Virus record (IMG/VR): IMGVR_UViG_3300009514_000019
Coordinates: 3,845-67,844 of that record
Source of the DNA: a virus
Reading direction: 5' to 3' (one strand)
DNA: 64,000 bases
A model generated the notes under the pieces. It saw only the letters and a program-made list of their open reading frames with translations, did not search any database and was not told the origin of the DNA. Positions 30,251 to 39,521 of this stretch are shown piece by piece. The translations under genes and the position numbers were made by a program. Every line of letters begins with the position of its first letter. The first letter of the stretch is position 1.

Positions 30251-30739
30251 TTAGGAATCCACAACGGTTCCGAAGTTTCCTGAGGTATCTTTCAAAACCT
30301 CAAATTCCATCTCGAACATGACTTCCTGATCACGTTTCATTTCATACATACGTTCTGCATCCGTGATAACGCATGTCGGAAAGTTCCAGGTACGCACACC
30401 ACAATCGGGACCGGACCCCACTAACTCAATTTCCACCTCGTCCGTGAAGCAAGCGTCGTTGTAGCCCAACACCAAGGTAGTATAAGGTGCAACAAGGTTA
30501 CTCGTCGGTTGCATCATGGCAATACGCAACTGCTCCAAACTAACTTCCAATAGCGTAAACCTAACGAACATGGATTCCTGAGAACGGCCCTTTCGCACCG
30601 TTCCGTTTGCCTGATCGGCCACGACTGTTACGAATTCTGGCTTGTACCGAACGGTTTGGCCGTTCTTAGTATAACCAAGGTCAGCACCATTGATATAAAC
30701 AACGGCTGCACCAATAATGATATTATCAGCATTAGGCAT
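30251..30739 (-). CDS. Major tail tube protein
   Basis: NIIIGA..YING.DLGYT..G, ADQ, TLLE...L pattern; position in the tail operon. Confidence 0.8.
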   Translation of the reverse strand: MPNADNIIIGAAVVYINGADLGYTKNGQTVRYKPEFVTVVADQANGTVRKGRSQESMFVRFTLLEVSLEQLRIAMMQPTSNLVAPYTTLVLGYNDACFTDEVEIELVGSGPDCGVRTWNFPTCVITDAERMYEMKRDQEVMFEMEFEVLKDTSGNFGTVVDS

Positions 30740-30787
30740 TTCAAACTCTCTTTCTTGTAAACAATCTCACTAGTGCAAGTACTTGCA

Positions 30788-31249
30788 CTATGAGCAGCCT
30801 TGAAAAGGATTCGCGATTATTTCAATAAGGTTCTCATCACAATATACATCTAAATCATCGTCTTTTTTTGCCTTTATACGGCCTTTCCATAGTGCTGAAT
30901 ATATTTTTACATCTTCATTTGTAAAATCAAAATAGCTATTATTGTCCTCATTCATTTTGTGAAATAGTACTTCAACCCTGTCACTTATTTGAATAGCTGT
31001 TATGTCCTTACCTGCAAAAGCTATGATTGAAACTAAATACCTTTTAATAAAAGTGTGATCTTTCACTAAAGGGGTGCTAGGATATTCACATACACCAAGG
31101 AAAGGTGTTGTCCCTAATTTTGGTGGCCTGCCCCGAAGTATTCGAGGATTAGGTGTAGTGTGCCCTGTTAACGCCACTAATGAACCTGCACCCACATCAG
31201 CTTGTAATGCTGTGACCAGTGCTTCAAGGAATGTGGCATCACCTGGCAT
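30788..31249 (-). CDS. Tail terminator/completion protein
   Basis: Size and position between neck and tail tube genes. Confidence 0.55.
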   Translation of the reverse strand: MPGDATFLEALVTALQADVGAGSLVALTGHTTPNPRILRGRPPKLGTTPFLGVCEYPSTPLVKDHTFIKRYLVSIIAFAGKDITAIQISDRVEVLFHKMNEDNNSYFDFTNEDVKIYSALWKGRIKAKKDDDLDVYCDENLIEIIANPFQGCS

Positions 31250-31250
31250 A

Positions 31251-31793
31251 TTATGGCCTTAAAACTGCACCTAATCGTTGTTTCACAATATCTTGCACTA
31301 CTGGCATCATTAACTGCAAGGCAGGTTCGATATAGGGATGTGGGACATTACCTTTTTTCTCAATACGCCTAATCACATGTTGTGCCACAGCCTTGCCAGT
31401 TTCCTCATCAACACGACGCTTATAAATAACCCACCGAATTATATTACCTTCTTCCCTGGGATCAATTTGGCGAGGTTTTGAACCCCTTTCCAAAATCAGT
31501 GCATAGTGCTGGGCTGGTCCAGCATCCAGCACCACCCTCCCAGGGCCATCGCTTGAGAACTTCAAACTATTATGAAGTGTTGAAGTAAATATAGAATTAT
31601 TTGAAACTAAGTTCCTTTGAATGGCGGGTAAAACAATATCATTCAAAGATTCTTCAACTACCTCATCAATTTCTCGTACCAACGCAACCCGTATGTTGGT
31701 CCTTCCAACTTGTGTAGTAATAGAGTCGAATAGTTCCTTTAGGTATTTCTTATTACTTTGTAGCAATTTATTTGTTGAAAGTTTAAATAACAT
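31251..31793 (-). CDS. HK97 gp10-like neck/tail-completion protein
   Basis: T..L..S, YA..LE.G, P.PYIEPA. Confidence 0.7.
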   Translation of the reverse strand: MLFKLSTNKLLQSNKKYLKELFDSITTQVGRTNIRVALVREIDEVVEESLNDIVLPAIQRNLVSNNSIFTSTLHNSLKFSSDGPGRVVLDAGPAQHYALILERGSKPRQIDPREEGNIIRWVIYKRRVDEETGKAVAQHVIRRIEKKGNVPHPYIEPALQLMMPVVQDIVKQRLGAVLRP

Positions 31794-32179
31794 TATTCTT
31801 CCGCCGATTCATCTTTTTCAATGGCCAAAGAAGTATGATGGAAAACATTGGACTCATTACGTTGATGCCGACTTTCAATAATCCTAAATATTTCACCTTG
31901 ATTGACCACACTAGTAGGGCTGGCTACATTTAGTGTAATGTAGTATTCACCAACATTGTCTAGCAACCTTGAGTATTGTAGTAAGACTTTCCACAACTTT
32001 TTGCCAGAGAAACCAAACCATTCCAATTGGGTCTTGGCGTCCATTATGGATATTCTAGCATATATGTTTTGATAAAGATAGTCCTTTGTATCCTGAACAA
32101 GGCCACCGGCCCCATCGCTTACCAGGGTATATGTGAATATGTCAACTTTATCTGTCATTCCACCTATAGACATTGTCAA
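31793..32179 (-). CDS. Head-closure/head-tail adaptor
   Basis: SDGAGG motif, size and position. Confidence 0.65.
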   Translation of the reverse strand: MTMSIGGMTDKVDIFTYTLVSDGAGGLVQDTKDYLYQNIYARISIMDAKTQLEWFGFSGKKLWKVLLQYSRLLDNVGEYYITLNVASPTSVVNQGEIFRIIESRHQRNESNVFHHTSLAIEKDESAEE

Positions 32180-32185
32180 CCCTTA

Positions 32186-32899
32186 TTAAACAATGCCCAG
32201 GATGTTTTGATCAAAATTTGGCAAATGGCTTTCACAAGTTAAAAACATATCAGGCCTAAACCTCCATTTATCTAACAACCTATCTACCAAGTCAAATCCA
32301 GTTGAATCAGATGGTTCAGGAGGATTTTGACTTAGTCCCCTAAATTGGACTTTATAATCGTCCCACTCCTGTCTAGCTATAGTATTACTAGCTAATCCAG
32401 ATGATCCTGGTATACTAATTTCTGCTGCTAATAAAAGCGTAGCTCGTTTAACTTCGACTGGCACATCCGAATACCCCCAAGTACCTGTAACTTTTATATT
32501 CCTACAACCCCTTGGCCAAGTTGGTCCAGTTGATCCACTGGCTACCCTAAATGATAGCCTATTCCAGTTTTTTGACAAGTACCAAGGTTTTATTACAAAA
32601 TCAACACCTTCGGTGTACGTCCAAAGCACTATGTCATTTTCATCAACCTCGGTGCAAACACTTGCACTTATGATTGGGTAGTTTAACAAAGGTGCAATAT
32701 AAAGGTTTTGGTTCCCATTCCCACTAAAATATATTGATTGCTCAATTTCATAGAAAATCGTGTTCACATAGGATTCAACAATACTTTCCGCAATATCAAG
32801 GTTATCCTGTAATTCGTATGAGTTATATACCGATAGGTCAATAGTAGCTCCAGCTACTTTGAAATCTTGTAACTCATCAATTGTTGCATAGTTGGACAT
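32186..32899 (-). CDS. Head-tail connector protein
   Basis: YATIDEL, NIKVTGTWGY..VP.EVKRA. Confidence 0.7.
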   Translation of the reverse strand: MSNYATIDELQDFKVAGATIDLSVYNSYELQDNLDIAESIVESYVNTIFYEIEQSIYFSGNGNQNLYIAPLLNYPIISASVCTEVDENDIVLWTYTEGVDFVIKPWYLSKNWNRLSFRVASGSTGPTWPRGCRNIKVTGTWGYSDVPVEVKRATLLLAAEISIPGSSGLASNTIARQEWDDYKVQFRGLSQNPPEPSDSTGFDLVDRLLDKWRFRPDMFLTCESHLPNFDQNILGIV

Positions 32900-32903
32900 T
32901 TAA

Positions 32904-33188
32904 TTACCTATAACTGCGAGAGATTATTCCAAATCGTATATCCGCATCTCCTCCATCACCTTTTACAAATGCTGCACGAATGCCCCCATGATTTAACCTA
33001 AAATCAGCTAACTCCCCAGGGGCAAGTGGGAAAAATTCACCAGCATCATGCAATCCTGGGATATTGACTAGTGCATTGTTACCAGATTCACTATCACATA
33101 CCACCCTAAATATGGAGCAGCCCCCTGTGGCTTGAAACACATATTCCCCTGTGCTATCAACTGTGGCTGAACCTGCTGTTTGACTCAT
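32904..33188 (-). CDS. Hypothetical protein
   Basis: AAGGAG RBS directly after a palindrome, ATG at 33188. Confidence 0.7.
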   Translation of the reverse strand: MSQTAGSATVDSTGEYVFQATGGCSIFRVVCDSESGNNALVNIPGLHDAGEFFPLAPGELADFRLNHGGIRAAFVKGDGGDADIRFGIISRSYR

Positions 33189-33215
33189 TATACACTCCTT
33201 GTGCAAGTACTTGCA

Positions 33216-33344
33216 CTACATTACCATTATTGGATTTAATGCAAATTGATTAAACGCTGCTCCACTGGGAGGAGTAATTTCGGGTTGCTCCATAAATAGG
33301 TCACTTTGGATATACCACATTACTAACCATCTATTTGGTGGCAT
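33216..33344 (-). CDS. 42-aa hypothetical protein (below the ORF-track cutoff)
   Basis: MPPNRWLVMW...NPIMVM fills the gap exactly; its TAG overlaps the palindrome. Confidence 0.5.
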   Translation of the reverse strand: MPPNRWLVMWYIQSDLFMEQPEITPPSGAAFNQFALNPIMVM

Positions 33345-33346
33345 AA

Positions 33347-35926
33347 TTAAGCATCCCTGTTAATAAGTTTTGAAAAAGTCCTTGAACCACCAGCAATAGT
33401 GGCAACTACCAACACTAAGTATGTTTCACCTAACGTAGTAACAGTAGCACTGTTTAACTTATATGAACCTGTGCTACCAATTTCAGTCATTGCACTTGCT
33501 GCAATTAAATCGGTCCCATCACTACGTTTAACCACTTGAAGTGTGGGAACAGTAATACCGGATGCTTGGCGAACGCCATTCTTAAACCAAGTTGCTGTAT
33601 ATTCATCATTAGCACCATCTTGGTTAAATTGAATATCAGCATGGTAAATATCAAGGCTACTGTCCAATGTTTTAGGAGCGGAAACATTCTCATCAATCAT
33701 TGCGAGTTCTATGGCCAATTCTGTTCTCGTTGCACTCGCAACCGCTGCGTTTCCAGTGGAGGATAGCTCGCGAACAATGATTGCATGGCTGATAAGAATT
33801 TGATCGACATACAGAGTTGCGGATGTCAGCGTGTTGGAAAAGTAGCGGATTCGCACCTTGCCGACGTTGCCGCCAGTTCCGACGTGAGCGATTCGCAGGT
33901 CGTGGTTATTTGTGCTGTTCGTGCTGCCGCCAGTGCCGGCGCGTGTGCCAATCTGCTCCCACTGCGAGAGCGTCCAGTCCCACGCATAAACGGTGAGCGT
34001 GTCATTCGATCCATTGAGTCGCCCGATCATCTTTACGTTCGATGGGACACCCTCGCTGCCGATTTCGAACTGGTAATAGCAGTCCAGCGTGCCCGCTGTG
34101 TCGGTCAGTTGATGCGCAACCCCATCAACTCCAGTTGTGTCGGTGTAGGTTCCGCTCGATTGCGTTCCGGTCGTCAGCGTGAAAGATTCCGCCGCCTTGA
34201 AGACTGCCGAGCCTGCCACGCCGATTAGATCGACTGAGGCTTGGACCGTATCGACACTCGCTTGAGTCGCAAGAGTCGTCAGCGTTGAACCGGTTCCAAG
34301 AGCCGTCACAACGTCAGACGCCGCGATATTGTTGAGCGCGGCAATCGCGTCGATGATGACTGTCTGATTTGCTTCTGTCGCATCTCCACCGCCACCCCCG
34401 CCTGATGGTGCTTGCTCCAGTGCGTTTGTGGTGAAGCGGTATGTGCCACCATCATCTTCCAGCGTGTCGTCGAGCTTCACGACGGTAGCGAGTTCGGTTG
34501 TGAGTTCCGTTCGGACAGCTTCGGCAGAGCTGGCATCGCCGAAGCTGCCGTAGGTCGTGCCGTTGAAGATGAGTTTTGTGGTGGCATTGCTAGTAACCAA
34601 GCAAAGCACGGACTCATCGGTTATCGTAATTGTTCCACCGACTAGGTTGGTTATGCTGACACCAAGACTACTAGCCTCTGCATATACAGACACGGTCCCA
34701 GTGTGTAATGCGCCTGTTGGCACAATACTGCCAGTTGAATTGCATAACACAACACCTGTGTACGTTAGCGACGTGCCGATCATGTTTATAGAAACAGAAT
34801 GGATGCACTGACAGACTGACACCGTTGAAGAATGGCAGAGAAAAGATACCGATGCGGCAAGCAAAGCAAAATTCAGCTTTGAGATTGCTAAATACGGCGC
34901 TGCGAAGTTTACTGCGGCGGAATTAGTTATGGACTGAACCAACCACGTCTGTCCCGTCTGAGTTGTCATGTCCGTCCGGTTCCAACCGCCTGATATCGTG
35001 AGCGTCTGCGTATCGGTTCCGCCTGCCGTCCATTGTAAATCAGCCGTCGCAACGCTCGTCGGAACATAAGACGGAAACAGTGAGTAAGCCGTTACGGTCT
35101 CGCTCGTGCCCCAATAACGCCCGTTTGTCGTGCTGCCCGCGTTGCTGCTGTTGAGCAGGTCGAGTGTGATGGTCGTTCCTTCAATGGCTCGAATCGCGTA
35201 CCACGTCTCGGAATCGTCGCCACCCGCACCGAGTGACTTTTGTTTCCCGATCAGGGTCTTGTGCGTCAGTTCGCCAGTGCCAGGAGCTTTGCAAGCCACC
35301 ATGTTGTCGATCAAATACGTCTGTGCTCCGCTGTCGGTCGTGACATAGAACGCGACGGATTGAATCGAGCTTCCCATTGCGGAGCCGAGATTGATGGTGA
35401 CGCGGTTCCATCCGTTAGTAATGACTGCCGCCGGAATGCTAAACGTATCGACCGGGGTTGCACCTGCCGCATCCGAACAGAGCTTGATGTCGAATCCACC
35501 GAGCGTGCCTGACGTTTGCATGAACCAAAACGAAATCTGCTGATAGGCAGAGAAGTTGGTCGAGCCGAAATCCTTGTACGCCGCCAGCCCGGTCGTGAAA
35601 CCAGACGCAATCGCAATGCTCGCCGATGTGGCCCCTTGCTTGCGAGTTGTGTTCGTCGTGCAGGTCACGTTGGCTGACGCCGTCCAGGCGGACTCGCCAG
35701 TGTCGATCGCTGCGTTCTGAGCCGCTGCCAGCGTGATCGTTGTGGAGCCTTTGGCAAACGTGCCGTCAACGCCCAAGCTGTTCGGCGTCGTGCTGGCCAT
35801 GATCCGCACGGTATCGCCAGGATTCGCAATGGCGGATGCACCCGCAAGCGTCTTCTTGCGGTTGGCGAACGTGGTTCCGTCATTGGAGTCGTTGCCGTTT
35901 TCGAGGTCGAGATAAAGCGTTGCCAT
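33347..35926 (-). CDS. Large Thr/Ser/Gly-rich virion-associated protein (fibre/decoration-like), mostly GC-rich
   Basis: LYLDLENGNDSNDG...KTL..A...GDTVRI start typical of beta-helix/adhesin-like proteins; two RTEL..ELA repeats. Confidence 0.65.
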   Translation of the reverse strand: MATLYLDLENGNDSNDGTTFANRKKTLAGASAIANPGDTVRIMASTTPNSLGVDGTFAKGSTTITLAAAQNAAIDTGESAWTASANVTCTTNTTRKQGATSASIAIASGFTTGLAAYKDFGSTNFSAYQQISFWFMQTSGTLGGFDIKLCSDAAGATPVDTFSIPAAVITNGWNRVTINLGSAMGSSIQSVAFYVTTDSGAQTYLIDNMVACKAPGTGELTHKTLIGKQKSLGAGGDDSETWYAIRAIEGTTITLDLLNSSNAGSTTNGRYWGTSETVTAYSLFPSYVPTSVATADLQWTAGGTDTQTLTISGGWNRTDMTTQTGQTWLVQSITNSAAVNFAAPYLAISKLNFALLAASVSFLCHSSTVSVCQCIHSVSINMIGTSLTYTGVVLCNSTGSIVPTGALHTGTVSVYAEASSLGVSITNLVGGTITITDESVLCLVTSNATTKLIFNGTTYGSFGDASSAEAVRTELTTELATVVKLDDTLEDDGGTYRFTTNALEQAPSGGGGGGDATEANQTVIIDAIAALNNIAASDVVTALGTGSTLTTLATQASVDTVQASVDLIGVAGSAVFKAAESFTLTTGTQSSGTYTDTTGVDGVAHQLTDTAGTLDCYYQFEIGSEGVPSNVKMIGRLNGSNDTLTVYAWDWTLSQWEQIGTRAGTGGSTNSTNNHDLRIAHVGTGGNVGKVRIRYFSNTLTSATLYVDQILISHAIIVRELSSTGNAAVASATRTELAIELAMIDENVSAPKTLDSSLDIYHADIQFNQDGANDEYTATWFKNGVRQASGITVPTLQVVKRSDGTDLIAASAMTEIGSTGSYKLNSATVTTLGETYLVLVVATIAGGSRTFSKLINRDA

Positions 35927-35935
35927 CGTGTCTCC

Positions 35936-36202
35936 CTACTTGGCCAATGCGGCCTTGAGTCGTTTCAGTTGTCCGGGCGGAAGTGATTCAATCGCTGCGA
36001 TCAGCAATTCGCTTTCGGGCGTCGCGGATTCTGCTGTTGCTTGAAAACGTGGAGGCGGTGAATCGTTGAAAGCTGCGAGTGCAGCAACCATGTCGGGCTT
36101 CTCTAACCCAACGCAAATCGTGCCTCGTCGGTCGTGGTATCGCACAGCTTTGGGGCTAATGACTTCTTCAATGATTTCTCGACCGTATTTGTCTTGAGGC
36201 AC
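35936..36202 (-). CDS. Hypothetical protein (GC-rich island)
   Basis: AAAGGAGG RBS, GTG start. Confidence 0.7.
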   Translation of the reverse strand: MPQDKYGREIIEEVISPKAVRYHDRRGTICVGLEKPDMVAALAAFNDSPPPRFQATAESATPESELLIAAIESLPPGQLKRLKAALAK

Positions 36203-36230
36203 AGTATCCTCCTTTGTGCAAGTACTTGCA

Positions 36231-36500
36231 CTAATTCAAAAGGTCCGGGTTTGCTTTTATTGCGGCTTTCAAATGTTCAATTGCTTTACTTGTGTCAACT
36301 TCTGGAGGTAATTTAGCTTGTTCCTCAACTACCTGTTTAGCTTTGCCGAAATCTTCTAATCCAAAAGCACCTAACACCGTCATTCCAATAGCTAGTATTT
36401 TAGTTGCTAATTCTGGGTTATTCATTAAATCCGAAGTAATCATTGCAACAGCAGTGACTAGTCCTACCCACATTTTTTTCCGTAAATACCAAGGTGTCAT
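36231..36500 (-). CDS. Holin-like membrane protein
   Basis: RKKMW followed by two hydrophobic helices and a charged tail. Confidence 0.5.
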   Translation of the reverse strand: MTPWYLRKKMWVGLVTAVAMITSDLMNNPELATKILAIGMTVLGAFGLEDFGKAKQVVEEQAKLPPEVDTSKAIEHLKAAIKANPDLLN

Positions 36501-36673
36501 TATTATTACCTCCCAAACAAAAACTTAGTTATTTCCACCCATCTCCAACCCACGCCTTGTAATTTTATTATTGGGGACAGTAGGATTCGCAATGTTTCCA
36601 ACAATATGTGAGCCAGTGTCACTAATATACGAAGGTAAGCATTTGCAAACATCCTTAATCCCTTAAATAAGGA

Positions 36674-37018
36674 CTACTTCTTTTTCTTACGTTTGTGCTC
36701 AATAGGTTCATTTCCAATTACTACACCAGTAGGACAGGGCATCAATACTTTTACTACTCGGCCTGGAGTTTGTTCCCAATAACATTGACGTGTTGCCTTA
36801 CGATGCCATTCATTCCCACATAAGTACCAAGGTCCATACACCCATTCGGAACAAACTTTTTGTAATTCACCTGGTTTATATTTTGTAATCCAACACCTAT
36901 TAGTTGTGATTGGATCAAGATTACTAATTGGGTCGGGTTGTGGCCAAAGGTGAATTGGAGTAGGCTCGTGTGCAAAAACAGTAGTACAGCAACAGAGTAC
37001 TAACAATACTTTGTACAT
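36674..37018 (-). CDS. Hypothetical secreted protein
   Basis: Signal-peptide-like N-terminus, basic C-terminus. Confidence 0.55.
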   Translation of the reverse strand: MYKVLLVLCCCTTVFAHEPTPIHLWPQPDPISNLDPITTNRCWITKYKPGELQKVCSEWVYGPWYLCGNEWHRKATRQCYWEQTPGRVVKVLMPCPTGVVIGNEPIEHKRKKKK

Positions 37019-37020
37019 AG

Positions 37021-37353
37021 TTACTTTCCCTCAAGTTGATTGATTTTAACTTTATTCAAACCTACTTGCCTACCAATATCAGAGAGATGTGCGTCAATTT
37101 CATTTAATAGTTGTGTTTGAACTGCATAGTTCGTAGCAAACGTACTTAGGCATTCATCCTGTGATTTTTGAGATATCCTACGAGCTTCCGTATCCGGCCT
37201 AACAATATAGTAAAAGTGTATTAGAATGAATGCCACAACTGACATTAACACAAATAGCAACACATATGCTTCAAATCCAAATTCTGCTGCTTTATCTAGC
37301 TGACGTTGAGCAATGTCTGCTGCTTCTTTGATTTGTGCTAAAATCATTTCCAA
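37021..37353 (-). CDS. Single-pass membrane protein (possible lysis accessory)
   Basis: One TM helix followed by a coiled coil; AGGAGG RBS. Confidence 0.55.
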   Translation of the reverse strand: MEMILAQIKEAADIAQRQLDKAAEFGFEAYVLLFVLMSVVAFILIHFYYIVRPDTEARRISQKSQDECLSTFATNYAVQTQLLNEIDAHLSDIGRQVGLNKVKINQLEGK

Positions 37354-37387
37354 TTACCCTCCTAGTATTAATATGCAAGTACTTGCA

Positions 37388-38056
37388 CTACCTTAAAAAT
37401 GAATTACCACACCTTTTCTTTTCCTGATTAATGGGTGTAGTTAATGCTCGATGAATATCCCACCCTGTTCGTAGTCGTTTATTAAGTGATGTGGAATTTA
37501 TTCCATATTGCTCCGCCCACTCAATTAGTGGTTTTGTTTCACCTTTGTACGTTATAAAATGAGTGCTACGTCGATTCCTACATTGTTTTTTCCGAACTTC
37601 CCATTTACAATTTTCAAGGCAGTAACCTAATTCATTATCAATTCGTTCAATTGAGTATTCCGGTCCTGGCCTATCACCCATATCCTCATAAAAGTTTTGA
37701 AAACTATCAATCCAATCCTGACAAACAGTAATTCCTCTGCCACCATAATCAGGATATTGAGTATGCTTAGTATTTAAACACCTTCCTTTTAATTGCCTCC
37801 AACATTCATACTCAGGTGTCCCATACATACCATGCTTACTGTTGGCACAACTAACACATCCTTTTGCTTTACCTGTTACTAAATTTTCACCACGAACTTT
37901 TTGAACCCTACCACATTCACATTTACATAAGTATAGCGGTTTCGTAGAAGTGTTACTAATATAGTAATCCACAGGATCACTAACTTGAACTTCCCACAAA
38001 TTAAACCTATCCCCGACTCTAATTTGCTTTATTAACTCAGCAACTGTTTTTTGCAT
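37388..38056 (-). CDS. Free-standing HNH-family homing endonuclease
   Basis: CKCECG, YGGRGITVC..W, SIERIDNELGYCLENCKW; C-terminal HTH-like segment (EWAEQYGI...RL..GW). Confidence 0.88.
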   Translation of the reverse strand: MQKTVAELIKQIRVGDRFNLWEVQVSDPVDYYISNTSTKPLYLCKCECGRVQKVRGENLVTGKAKGCVSCANSKHGMYGTPEYECWRQLKGRCLNTKHTQYPDYGGRGITVCQDWIDSFQNFYEDMGDRPGPEYSIERIDNELGYCLENCKWEVRKKQCRNRRSTHFITYKGETKPLIEWAEQYGINSTSLNKRLRTGWDIHRALTTPINQEKKRCGNSFLR

Positions 38057-38123
38057 AACTAAACCCTTGTGATAAATACAACCTTGTAGTTACGAGTGCA
38101 AGCACTTGCACTTTCAAGATTGT

Positions 38124-38152
38124 ATTATATCACAAAGATTAGTTTAGGTCAA
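38124..38152 (-). promoter_or_regulatory. Sigma70-type promoter of the HNH gene, embedded in an RBS-sequestering hairpin
   Basis: TTGACC-17 bp-TATAAT with extended TG. Confidence 0.75.
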
Positions 38153-38175
38153 CACTTGGGAATATTTAGTAAACA

Positions 38176-39476
38176 CTACGGAGAGGAATAATCTGCCCCT
38201 GACATTGCGACATTTTTAGCAATTACGCAAAGCAATGGGTTCTCAATTTCAAAATCGCATCTCCAGTGACCAACTGTTACTAAGGTAATTTGCGATTTTA
38301 CCTTTTGACTTACTTTTTACAGTAAGCGGGGAAGCCTCTTCGGACCTCCCTCTCCCCTTTAGTATTTCAGAATTATGGGGGAGAGCAGACTTTCGCATCG
38401 CCTAGTTTGGCGTCTCTTCGTTAAGTCGTTCACGGTGCGTAAGATTCGTCATCTTTTTGCTTCCGCCCTGTCGGCCCTTCTGCTGGCCTTCCAAGTCAAT
38501 TAGAAGAGATTTTAGTACGACTCAATTAAGCTGCCAACAAGGCAACACTATTGTTTTCAATCGTACACTCCCAAAGGTCTTGTCGTGGTTTACGATCAAA
38601 TTCAATCGTAATCTCGCGTTGCACAAACCAAATGAGGTTTTCATATGGCGTAAGCCAAATGAAACTACCATCAGTCTTTGCAACTGACCCACTTGTAGTA
38701 AATGACAAGTTCTCAGGGAACAGTGGCACTTCCAGCATAGGCACGCCCCAAGGACCGGGGGCTTCACCTGTCCGTAGTGCGGTGTCACCACCGACCGTCT
38801 CACGAACAGCCCAATCCTTTGACCACTTATCCGCAGGACCGGAGGGGACGATCCAGCGATACATGGGTTTTGCAACACGATAACGAGCAGGAACTTTCCT
38901 ACGCATATCATAATACAAATCAGAAGAAGGGGCCGCTCCATCCGCATCCACAATTTGATCTGCCGGCACGTTGGCCAACAAAATCTTCTGGAACCCGTCA
39001 TTCACACCCAACAGATTGTTTTCTGCTGATTGTGCATCACCGACGGGCAGGCTATCATCACCCTCAATTGATGCCATTTCGGCGTCGATTGCCATTGCCT
39101 TGGTAAACATGCTCAGCACTTTATCACGAACCGACTCCTTTTCGATGTTATCTTCAAGGAAGTCCTTCCGCAAATCAAAGGCTGATCGGTACTTCACCAT
39201 GTCATAGGTAACAACCGCTTCAGTTGGCACTGAAGTACGTGCCTTAGAGGTGGCATTTGCACCTTCAGTTACAATCGTACCCAAATCGAGCTTATTGATT
39301 TCGCCCTTTGGATGATCTTTCTTCATCTTTCGAGCGACCTTCAGTAAAACTGAAGTATCTTCCAGCAAATCAATAAAACGGTCGGACTGCTGGCGATTTA
39401 ACAAACTATTGGGAAGGCTGTTGCCGTCAATAGCTGTTTTCATAACATCTTCAACAAAATCAGGGATACTTGGCAT
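38176..39476 (-). CDS. Major capsid protein (HK97 fold), two exons: 39476-38560 and 38269-38176; 336 aa spliced
   Basis: Follows the protease/scaffold gene. Splicing joins ...DLWECTI to HWRCDFEIENPLLCVIAKNV...SSP*, giving a plausible capsid C-terminus. Confidence 0.88.
38270..38559 (-). mobile_element. Group I self-splicing intron, 290 nt, no ORF
   Basis: P1: exon GUACGAU pairs with IGS GUCGUAC, with the U.G wobble at the splice site. P3 UCUCUUC/GAAGAGA; P7 GACU/AGUC; terminal G at 38270; reading frame restored on splicing. Confidence 0.88.
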
Positions 39477-39521
39477 ACCAAAACTCTCCTTAAAGTGAAA
39501 TTATTCAACAATTTAATAAGG

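Noticed and set aside
38522-39001. 159-aa alternative-frame ORF inside the capsid gene, and the VALLAA capsid tail resembling an ssrA-type degron
   Set aside because: The ORF is an overlapping-frame artefact. The tail is intron read-through; its degron-like look could be chance, and I cannot support it from sequence alone.
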